Source of the DNA: Bacillota bacterium
Lineage (GTDB): Bacteria; Bacillota; UBA4882; UBA8346
NCBI GenBank assembly: GCA_050260935.1
Contig: JBLNCU010000180.1
Coordinates: forward strand, 1,854-65,853
DNA: 64,000 bases
Reading direction: 5' to 3'
Numbering within the stretch: the first letter of the stretch is position 1; the number at the start of each line of letters is the position of its first letter. A program made the translations under genes and the position numbers. Positions 56,929 through 64,000 of the stretch are shown in pieces. Below the pieces are notes generated by a model. The model saw only the letters and a program-made list of their open reading frames with translations. It was not told where the DNA came from and did no database searches.

Positions 56929-57729
56929 ATGAAAGAAGCCGATATTGGAATATTCGGAGGTTCCGGGTTTTATTCTTTTCTCGATAATGTCCAGGAAGTG
57001 ATGGTGGAAACCCCTTATGGAGCGCCCAGCGACCGAATTGCCATCGCTGAAATTTCCGGGAAAAAAGTGGCTTTTTTGCCGCGCCACGGCAAGCACCATC
57101 AACTGCCCCCTCACATGCTCAATTACCGGGCCAATTTATGGGCCATGAAAGCCTTGGGAGTAAAACAGATTATCGGGCCTTGCGCTGCCGGAAGCCTTCA
57201 ACCTCATATCAAACCCGGGGATTTTGTGGTGGTCGACCAGTTCGTTCATAGAACCTGGGGCCGGAAGGATACTTTTTTCGATGGGCCGATCACGGTGCAC
57301 CCTTCAGCGGCCGATCCCTATTGTGAGAGGCTCAGGAAATGCGCCATCGGTAATGCCAAGAAATTGGGGATCACTACCCATGAACGGGGAACGGTAGTGG
57401 TTATACAGGGGCCGCGTTTTTCTACCCGGGCCGAGAGCAAGGAGTTTAGTAAAAACGGTTGGGAAGTAATTAATATGACTCAATATCCCGAAGGTTGGCT
57501 GGCCCGCGAGTTGGGGATCTGCTATGTTAACGTTGCCTTGATCACCGACTATGACGTTGGCCTTGAAGGAAGCCCGGAGATTAAGCCTGTCACCCACGAG
57601 GAAGTGCTAAAAGTTTTCAACCACAACCTGGAGAAATTGCGAAATTTATTGTTGGCCATGATTGAAGAACTCCCGGCCAGCCCGGAATGTCCGTGCCGGG
57701 ATGTTGAACAACCAAACATTATGTCTTGA
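56929..57729 (+). CDS. mtnP: S-methyl-5'-thioadenosine phosphorylase
   Basis: ADIGIFGGSGFY, FLPRHGKHH, GPRFSTRAES, INMTQYPE. The ATG at 56929 is better spaced from GGAGG than 56923. Confidence 0.88.
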   Translation: MKEADIGIFGGSGFYSFLDNVQEVMVETPYGAPSDRIAIAEISGKKVAFLPRHGKHHQLPPHMLNYRANLWAMKALGVKQIIGPCAAGSLQPHIKPGDFVVVDQFVHRTWGRKDTFFDGPITVHPSAADPYCERLRKCAIGNAKKLGITTHERGTVVVIQGPRFSTRAESKEFSKNGWEVINMTQYPEGWLARELGICYVNVALITDYDVGLEGSPEIKPVTHEEVLKVFNHNLEKLRNLLLAMIEELPASPECPCRDVEQPNIMS

Positions 57730-57733
57730 CTTT

Positions 57734-57758
57734 AAGTCGGCTTTGGAGCCGACTTTTT
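57734..57758 (+). terminator. Rho-independent terminator after mtnP
   Basis: AAGTCGGCT-ttgg-AGCCGACTT followed by TTT. Confidence 0.75.
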
Positions 57759-57885
57759 GGTAAAAATTCTTTTTAGTTGCTAAATCTTAGTAGGAAATAA
57801 CCTGAAAGCAGCGAATGGGTTAGAAGTAAATCCGGCAATTCGAAAACGGCAAAAATTAAACTAAATATTTTGCAGCAGAGGCCTA

Positions 57886-58521
57886 ATGGATAAAATACTC
57901 CAAACCATGCATTATTTTTACAACCCGGAATTTATCGAGGGGCATATCCAATTCTTAATCTTGATAACCATGACAGTCAGTTTTCTGGAGGTCGTTTTCC
58001 CGGTGATTCCGGGAGATACAGCCTTGATAATTTGCGGTTCTTTAGCGGGAGTTGCGGGCTATAATCCAATTTTAGTCATTGGCGCGGCTTTTTTGGGAAG
58101 TTTTACCGCTTCGGTTTTGTTATATTTTTTAGGTTTAAAGCTGGGAAGGAGATTGCTCGACTCAACCAAGCTGAATTGGTTTTTAGATTCGCGGACTTTT
58201 TTAAAAATCGAGGCTTGGTTTAACCGCTACGGATTTTTAACCGTTTTTGTAAGCAGATTGCTGCCGGTATGCCGTTCAGGCATTATTCTGGCGGCCGGAA
58301 TTGTCAAGATGCGCCAAGGCCAGGCTTTGATTGCGGTAGGTTTTAGCACGATCATATCCACCACCTTTTTTGTTTTAGGCGGTCGCTTGGCGGGAAAGCG
58401 TTGGTATCAATTGGTTGAATTATGGAACTCCCACATGAGGGTCATTATTATTTTGCTGGTCAGTATATTAATAGCGTATATTCTATTTGCGGGAGTGAAA
58501 AAAATTTGGAAAAAACGTTAA
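57886..58521 (+). CDS. DedA family membrane protein
   Basis: FPVIPGDTALIICGSLAG, SRLLPVCRSGIILAAG. Confidence 0.8.
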   Translation: MDKILQTMHYFYNPEFIEGHIQFLILITMTVSFLEVVFPVIPGDTALIICGSLAGVAGYNPILVIGAAFLGSFTASVLLYFLGLKLGRRLLDSTKLNWFLDSRTFLKIEAWFNRYGFLTVFVSRLLPVCRSGIILAAGIVKMRQGQALIAVGFSTIISTTFFVLGGRLAGKRWYQLVELWNSHMRVIIILLVSILIAYILFAGVKKIWKKR

Positions 58522-58533
58522 GCAGAGGAATCT

Positions 58534-59928
58534 ATGGGCAAAAAACCTAAAATAATCTATTCCTGCGAAAACTGCGGCCATCTTGAGTATAAATGGGTAG
58601 GAAAATGCCCAGCCTGCCAGGAATGGGGCACCCTTCATGAAGAAGTCGAAGGGGAAAACGGCGAGGAACTGGCCAGTCTTAGCAGTTTTCAGCAGCCGCA
58701 AATTTTAAACCGGGTAAAGACGGATAACTCGATCCGGATTGGCACCGGGTTGAACGAATTCGACCGCTTGCTGGGAGGCGGGATTGTCTCCGGCTCGGTT
58801 TTATTATTGGTTGGCGATCCCGGTATCGGTAAAAGCACTTTAAGCTTAATTATAGCCGGTAATATTGCCCGGGACGGGACGGTTTTATATGTAAGCGGCG
58901 AGGAATCGGCCGAGCAGACCAAGATCAGAGCCGATCGGCTGGGCAGTTTCCCCGATAGCCTTTATGTAGTATCCGAAACTAATTTGGAATTAATTCAAAA
59001 ACACATTGAAAGTCTCCAACCCCAACTGGTAATTGTAGATTCCATTCAATCGGTCTTTGTAAGCAGCCTTCGTTCTACACCGGGGTCCCCATCCCAAGTA
59101 AAGGAAAGCACTTTCTTTCTCACAAAAATAGCTAAACAATCCGGCATTCCGGTGATCTTGATCGGCCAGGTTACGAAGGAATCTTTGTTGGCCGGGCCAA
59201 GGATTTTGGAACACTTGGTTGATACGGTAATATATTTGGAGGGGGATCGTAATAACAGTTTAAGAGTGGCCAGAGTAGTCAAGAATAGATATGGGTCCAC
59301 TGAAGAAGTGGCTTTGTTTGAAATGACCGGTCGCGGGCTGGAAGAGGTCAGCAATCCCTCGGAGTATTTACTGGAAAACCGCAGCCTTTCGGAGCCGGGT
59401 TCGGTAATAGTGGCCACCGCCAGGGGAACCCGCCCGATTTTCACCGAGATTCAAGCGCTGGTTACCGAGACGGCGGAAGGAATCCCGCCGCGGCAAATCG
59501 CTGTTGGAGTTGATCGCAATCGTCTTCTTTTAGTAACCGCCGTTTTACAAAGATGGATTGGCGAACGCTTAAGCAATAAGAACATCTTTGTTTCAATCGC
59601 CGGTGGGATCGAATCCGATGATCCGGCTTTAGATCTGGGAATTGCCGCTTCACTAATCTCTTCGGAACGGGGAGTAACCTTTAACCAAAAAATTTTTTTC
59701 CTTGGTGAACTGGCATTATCAGGAGAGGTCCGGCCGACCCCGGAGGTTCCCAAGCTGCTGATAGAGGGGAAAAGATTGGGGTTTGAGGACTGTATCCTTT
59801 CACAGCGATCAATAATAAAGAATAAGATGCTGCCGGATTTAAAGCTTCGTGGAATCGAACATTTACGCGGTTTGATAAAAATGCTTCCGGAAATAAGCAG
59901 GGAAGAGCAGGTTTCGAGGTTCAAATGA
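58534..59928 (+). CDS. radA: DNA repair protein RadA/Sms
   Basis: Zinc finger CENCGHLEYKWVGKCPACQEW, Walker A GDPGIGKSTL, KNRYG, and a Lon-like C-terminal domain. Confidence 0.95.
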   Translation: MGKKPKIIYSCENCGHLEYKWVGKCPACQEWGTLHEEVEGENGEELASLSSFQQPQILNRVKTDNSIRIGTGLNEFDRLLGGGIVSGSVLLLVGDPGIGKSTLSLIIAGNIARDGTVLYVSGEESAEQTKIRADRLGSFPDSLYVVSETNLELIQKHIESLQPQLVIVDSIQSVFVSSLRSTPGSPSQVKESTFFLTKIAKQSGIPVILIGQVTKESLLAGPRILEHLVDTVIYLEGDRNNSLRVARVVKNRYGSTEEVALFEMTGRGLEEVSNPSEYLLENRSLSEPGSVIVATARGTRPIFTEIQALVTETAEGIPPRQIAVGVDRNRLLLVTAVLQRWIGERLSNKNIFVSIAGGIESDDPALDLGIAASLISSERGVTFNQKIFFLGELALSGEVRPTPEVPKLLIEGKRLGFEDCILSQRSIIKNKMLPDLKLRGIEHLRGLIKMLPEISREEQVSRFK

Positions 59929-60995
59929 CACGGGAAGAAGAGCAACAGGAATTTTTTAAGGTTTTAAAGATGGTGGCTCCCGGCACCACCATCTATGAAG
60001 GGCTGGAGAATATCTTACGGGCCAAAACCGGAGCCTTGATTGTAGTCTCCGACTCTGAGGCCGTGATGAAATTAGTTGACGGGGGTTTTCGGATCAATGC
60101 CGATTTGGAGCCATCAAACCTTTACGAACTGGCTAAGATGGATGGGGCGATAGTTCTCTCCTCCGATGCCAAAAGAATTTTGGTGGCCAATGCCCATTTA
60201 ACTCCCGATCACTTGATTCCAACCTCCGAGACCGGGACCAGGCACAGGACAGCTGAAAGAATGGCTATTCAAACTGGTGAATTAGTGATAGCCATTTCGC
60301 AACGGCGGAATGTAATTACCCTTTACAAAGGGAATCAACGTTATGTGATCCGGGATATCGGCACGATACTGGCGAAAGCGAACCAAGCATTGCAAACCCT
60401 TCAAAAATACAAAAGTGTTTTAGAACAGGTCCTTTTAAACTTATCCGCTTTGGAGTTTGAAAATTTAGTTACTTTGTCGGACGTTTGTTCAGTTACGCAA
60501 AGGGCGGAAATGGTGGAAAGGATCGCCGCCGAAATCCGGCAGTATATCAATGAACTCGGCACCGAAGGCCGTTTGGTCAGCATGCAACTGGAAGAGTTGA
60601 TGGTGGATGTGGAAGATGAAGGATATTTGATAATCAGGGATTATTTGAAGGAAGATGACGGTTCGGCCGAATTAGTTAAACAGGAGATAGCCACCTGGGA
60701 AGATGATGAAGTGCTGGACTCCTCAAGCCTGGTCCGGGTATTTGGGTACACCGGAGGAGTCAGTTTGGATCTCTCGGTAACCTCCAAGGGATTCCGGATC
60801 CTAAGAAAGATACCGCGGTTGCCTTTTCCGGTGATTGAAAATTTGGTTAAAGTATTCGGCAATTTGCAAAGGATCCTAAACGCCTCGGCTGAGGAACTGG
60901 ATGACGTGGACGGTATTGGGGAAGTTAGAGCCAGAACCATCAAGGACGGTTTAAGAAGGCTGAGGGAACAAATTTTACTGGATCGCCGTTTTTAA
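59925..60995 (+). CDS. disA: DNA integrity scanning protein DisA (diadenylate cyclase)
   Basis: DAC motifs DGAIVLS and GTRHRTAER. C-terminal HhH LDDVDGIGEVRARTIKDGL. Start overlaps radA stop. Confidence 0.95.
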   Translation: MTREEEQQEFFKVLKMVAPGTTIYEGLENILRAKTGALIVVSDSEAVMKLVDGGFRINADLEPSNLYELAKMDGAIVLSSDAKRILVANAHLTPDHLIPTSETGTRHRTAERMAIQTGELVIAISQRRNVITLYKGNQRYVIRDIGTILAKANQALQTLQKYKSVLEQVLLNLSALEFENLVTLSDVCSVTQRAEMVERIAAEIRQYINELGTEGRLVSMQLEELMVDVEDEGYLIIRDYLKEDDGSAELVKQEIATWEDDEVLDSSSLVRVFGYTGGVSLDLSVTSKGFRILRKIPRLPFPVIENLVKVFGNLQRILNASAEELDDVDGIGEVRARTIKDGLRRLREQILLDRRF

Positions 60996-61192
60996 TTAGG
61001 GTAAAGTGTTCAATTGCAAGGTTTTGAAAGTGTCAAACCTATTATAGTTGTTTCAGGTTATGGGGCCATCTAAAGGTTAAATTTTTGTTTACATTATATT
61101 AAATTAAAGGTATAAAAGGAAAATAGTTACAATTTTCTTTTTTTATTTTACGGGACTTTAGCCATATTTTTAAAGTGTTTCAAGAAATATTA

Positions 61193-61221
61193 TTGACAGA
61201 GATTTTAAAACCTGTTAAAAT
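61193..61221 (+). promoter_or_regulatory. carD promoter P1 (sigma-A type)
   Basis: TTGACA, 17 nt spacer (ending TGT), TAAAAT. Confidence 0.5.
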
Positions 61222-61229
61222 AGTATGCC

Positions 61230-61258
61230 TTGACATTGGGGAACTCAAGGGGTACAAT
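61230..61258 (+). promoter_or_regulatory. carD promoter P2 (sigma-A type)
   Basis: TTGACA, 17 nt spacer, TACAAT. Lies 37 nt downstream of P1. Confidence 0.5.
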
Positions 61259-61289
61259 AAAGATGTAAATTTTTTTGTGGAGGAAAAAG

Positions 61290-61766
61290 ATGTTCAACAT
61301 TGGTGATAAAGTGGTTTACCCAATGCATGGGGCTGGAGTCATTGAAGATATTGAAGAGAAAGAGATATCCGGCGAAAAACTACGGTATTATATAATCAAA
61401 TTGCCGATGGGCGAAATGAAGGCGATGGTGCCTTTGAATAAAGTTAAAGAAGTGGGTTTAAGGCAAGTAATTGAGGAGGAAGAGGTTTTAAAAGTTTTAG
61501 AGGTTTTGAAGGCTGAATCTTCAACTATGCCTATGAATTGGAATCACCGTTACCGCGCCAATCTTGAAAAGATTAAGAGCGGCAGTATCTATGAGGTCGC
61601 GGAAGTAGTTAGAAACTTATCCTCTAGGGATCGACAGAAGGGTCTTTCCACCGGGGAAAAGAAGATGTTGGAAAATGCCCGGCGGATCCTGCTAAGCGAG
61701 TTGGTTTTAGCCAAGGACACCGCGGAAAACAGTATGGCTGAGATTTTGGAAGGGTATTTGAGTTAA
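61290..61766 (+). CDS. carD: CarD family transcriptional regulator
   Basis: ATG after GGAGGAAAAAG. MFNIGDKVVYPMHGAGVIEDIEEKEI.GE...YY.I.. Confidence 0.9.
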   Translation: MFNIGDKVVYPMHGAGVIEDIEEKEISGEKLRYYIIKLPMGEMKAMVPLNKVKEVGLRQVIEEEEVLKVLEVLKAESSTMPMNWNHRYRANLEKIKSGSIYEVAEVVRNLSSRDRQKGLSTGEKKMLENARRILLSELVLAKDTAENSMAEILEGYLS

Positions 61767-61794
61767 AATGCAAAAGGCCAATGAATATTAAAAG

Positions 61795-61831
61795 GGATGG
61801 TTAAGAAGTGATTCTAGCCATCTTTTTTTTT
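61795..61831 (+). terminator. Rho-independent terminator after carD
   Basis: GATGGTTA-agaagtgattc-TAGCCATC followed by T9. Confidence 0.7.
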
Positions 61832-61987
61832 AAGAACAGATCGTTGCGGGAGATTCTACTTAATGATTGCTAGTATTGATTATAAGAGTTAAAATAAATA
61901 GGTATAAGTTTTACCCAACTAGATCTGAATTTTTGTGGGAACGGGAAAAATTAAGCTTAGGAAAGTAATATTATTGAGGTGATGTCT

Positions 61988-62932
61988 ATGTATATCGTTA
62001 CTGGAGGAGCTGGATTTATTGGTAGTAATATCGTCAAGGGGCTGAACGAAAAGGGTATTAATGATATCTTAGTGGTGGACAATCTCTCAAATTCGGAGAA
62101 ATTTCTTAATCTAACTGACTGCCGGTTTGTAGATTACGAGGATAAAAATAAGTTTTATCAGTATATTGAGAACGGTAAATTTGATGGTGTTAAAATAGAA
62201 GGAATATCGCATCAAGGGGCCTGTTCCAATACTATGGAGTATGACGGCCGCTATATGGTGGAAAATAATTTTACCTTCTCCAAGCAATTATTTCATTTTG
62301 CCATTAAAAAGCGGACGCCTTTTGTTTATGCTTCCAGTGCCGCTGTCTACGGCATGAGCGAACATTTTACCGAAGAGCCTAAAAATGAAAAACCGGCCAA
62401 CATCTACGGCTATTCTAAATTAATGGTCGACCAATATATTGGCCATTTTATTAAAGAAGCTGAAAATACAGTTGTTGGGTTAAGGTATTTCAATGTTTAT
62501 GGACCAAATGAAAAGCATAAAGGCAAAATGGCCTCGGTAATTTATCAATTTTATAACCAGTTGCGAAGCAATGGAAAGGTAAAACTTTTCGGGGAATATG
62601 ACGGCTACAAAGCCGGGGAACAAACTCGCGACTTTATTTATGTCAAAGATATAGTCAGGGTTAATCTAGCTTTGTTGACAGGACCCAAAAGAAAAGGTAT
62701 TTATAATTTAGGAACCGGTAGAAACAGGACTTTTAATGAGGTGGCTCAGGAGTTAATTAAAGTGATGGGTTTCGGGGAGATCGAGTATATACCGTTTCCC
62801 GAAGTCCTTAAAGGTAAGTACCAGAGCTTTACATGTGCCGATTTGACAAAACTTCGGGAAGCTGGTGTTCAGGAACAATTTACAGCCATCGAAGAAGGAA
62901 TAGCGGATTATTACCGAAATTATTTATATTAG
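61988..62932 (+). CDS. hldD: ADP-L-glycero-D-manno-heptose 6-epimerase
   Basis: Near full-length similarity to E. coli HldD/RfaD by eye: MYIVTGGAGFIGSNIVKGLNEKGINDILVVDNL, ASSAAVYG, YGYSK, FNVYGPNEKHKGKMASV, NLGTGR, IEYIPFPEVLKGKYQSFTCADLTKLREAG. Confidence 0.88.
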   Translation: MYIVTGGAGFIGSNIVKGLNEKGINDILVVDNLSNSEKFLNLTDCRFVDYEDKNKFYQYIENGKFDGVKIEGISHQGACSNTMEYDGRYMVENNFTFSKQLFHFAIKKRTPFVYASSAAVYGMSEHFTEEPKNEKPANIYGYSKLMVDQYIGHFIKEAENTVVGLRYFNVYGPNEKHKGKMASVIYQFYNQLRSNGKVKLFGEYDGYKAGEQTRDFIYVKDIVRVNLALLTGPKRKGIYNLGTGRNRTFNEVAQELIKVMGFGEIEYIPFPEVLKGKYQSFTCADLTKLREAGVQEQFTAIEEGIADYYRNYLY

Positions 62933-63149
62933 ATCGATCGAAGACTATAACTTCCGATAAGACTGCATCTTCTGCTTTAGATAGCTAATTATGCGGCCTC
63001 CTTTTTGGGGGCATTTTCTTTTTGAAAGGACAAACCCGGCGTTTTTTAACCCGTAAACGGTTAATGATTTGATTGAAGCCTCTTTCCGTTTAATTAAGGA
63101 TAATCCTCCCATCAGAAGTCAATAATATGAAAAGGAGGTGAAAGGTTGT

Positions 63150-64000
63150 TTGCTAAAACGATGGGGGACTATTTTTTGGGTGATTTTAGGAGCTTATACC
63201 AGCAACCTGTTTTTAAAAGTTTTTTTTAAAGGCCTTGAGTGGCAATGGGCTTTATTTATTGGTATTATTGGCGGTTGGTTGGGGTATTTTTTTTATAGAT
63301 TTGTGTTTATTCCATTGAATGAATGTTTAAAAAAGATATCGACCCCGAGAATATTAATTTATGGGTTCAGTTTTTGCCTGGGTCTGACTATGCTTTCTTT
63401 AACAGCAATCGCGGCAAAGCCTTTTTTAGAACAATTATCTGCGCAAACCGGATTTAAAGTTGTTTTGGCGCTCGCTATATTATTTATGGGAATCATTACT
63501 TATATATCTTCTCTTAAATTTAAAGAACTGTGTCTGATATTTTTCGACGTTCCCGGACTTTCCAGCCCCAAGATAACCTCGGGGAAGAATCAATTTAAAA
63601 TTTTAGACACCAGCGCCATAATTGACGGCAGGATAGCCGATCTATGCAAAACCGGTTTTTTAGAGGGCGTTTTGATTATTCCCAATTTTGTCTTAACGGA
63701 GCTGCAAAAAATCGCTGATTCCGCCGACCCTCTCCGCCGCAACAGAGGCCGGCGGGGGCTGGACTTGCTAAATAAGATCCAAAAGGAAAACCAGGTTACC
63801 ATCAGGATCTTCGATCGGGACTATGAGGAGTTGACTGATGTCGACACCAAACTTTTAAGGCTGGCCAGGGAACTTGAAGCCAAAGTCATTACTAACGATT
63901 TTAACCTCAATAAAGTGGCCGAGCTTTACGGCGTGCAGGTGCTAAATATAAACGAGCTGTCAAACGCTATAAAACCGGTAGTGCTGCCTGGCGAAGAGAT
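63150..64000 (+). CDS. yacL: PIN/TRAM domain protein YacL-like, C-terminus cut by window edge
   Basis: Not in the ORF track because it runs off the window. Manual translation gives N-terminal TM segments, then the PIN domain [42 protein letters not shown]...[12 protein letters not shown]. Start is TTG 63150 or GTG 63138, after AAAGGAGG. Confidence 0.8.
   Translation, partial: MLKRWGTIFWVILGAYTSNLFLKVFFKGLEWQWALFIGIIGGWLGYFFYRFVFIPLNECLKKISTPRILIYGFSFCLGLTMLSLTAIAAKPFLEQLSAQTGFKVVLALAILFMGIITYISSLKFKELCLIFFDVPGLSSPKITSGKNQFKILDTSAIIDGRIADLCKTGFLEGVLIIPNFVLTELQKIADSADPLRRNRGRRGLDLLNKIQKENQVTIRIFDRDYEELTDVDTKLLRLARELEAKVITNDFNLNKVAELYGVQVLNINELSNAIKPVVLPGEE

Noticed and set aside
59451-59945. 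164-aa ORF antisense to radA, and similarly 35856..36323 antisense across the pepP end and efp start.
   Set aside because: Both are antisense to well-supported genes and have shadow-frame composition. The second spans an intergenic promoter region.
1-64000. Looked for CRISPR arrays, IS elements or transposases, integrases, prophage genes, toxin-antitoxin pairs and known defence genes across the whole window.
   Set aside because: I found no regularly spaced direct repeats and no transposase-, integrase- or phage-like ORFs. Every sizeable ORF is accounted for by housekeeping, sporulation or small membrane proteins. I cannot exclude short repeats that need computation to detect.

Overview
The window looks like core chromosome of an anaerobic, endospore-forming Firmicute (Clostridia-like). 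Almost all genes are on the + strand. I could not assign a species.

Gene content, in order:
- a truncated PilZ gene, tepA-ylzJ, a Na/Pi transporter and ftsK
- a RodZ-like HTH gene, then dgt-dnaG-rpoD
- tRNA(CAU), then Nif3, two zinc-finger proteins, DUF2752 and RNase P RNA (type A)
- an M48 peptidase, a TrmH-family methyltransferase and a small YqzL-like ORF that is missing from the ORF track
- a Phe T-box with pheS-pheT, an orphan membrane protein, zapA and cvpA
- the [FeFe]-hydrogenase maturase operon hydG-hydF-(TM1266-like ACT protein)-hydE
- a Gly T-box driving a SpoIIM-like gene and glyQS, then PadR with a membrane partner, and yggT (- strand)
- aroC-aroK-aroB-aroQ, an M24 aminopeptidase and efp
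- a zinc-ribbon protein followed by the full spoIIIAA-AH operon
- accB-accC, asp23-amaP-DUF2273, nusB and a TsaD-like paralog
- polA-mutM-coaE, an SLT-domain protein, a TPR protein, rimO and pgsA
- a class V aminotransferase (- strand), an alpha/beta SASP, MTAP and DedA
- radA-disA, carD, hldD and a truncated PIN/TRAM yacL

I saw no CRISPR array, transposase, integrase, prophage or recognisable defence island. I do not see a convincing new multi-gene system here. The window is ordinary housekeeping and sporulation DNA.

The most checkable oddities are:
- an unclassified ~200-nt terminator-containing leader in front of hydG
- two genes (coaE and the spoIIM-like gene) whose conserved N-termini can only be translated from AUC/AUU start codons placed correctly behind strong SD sequences
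- a CvpA protein with a Cys-rich zinc-ribbon tail
- an orphan membrane gene whose SD sits in the pheT terminator arm
- a lone, AT-richer hldD between carD and yacL
- several structured intergenic segments

All family assignments come from motif recognition by eye. No database search was run.
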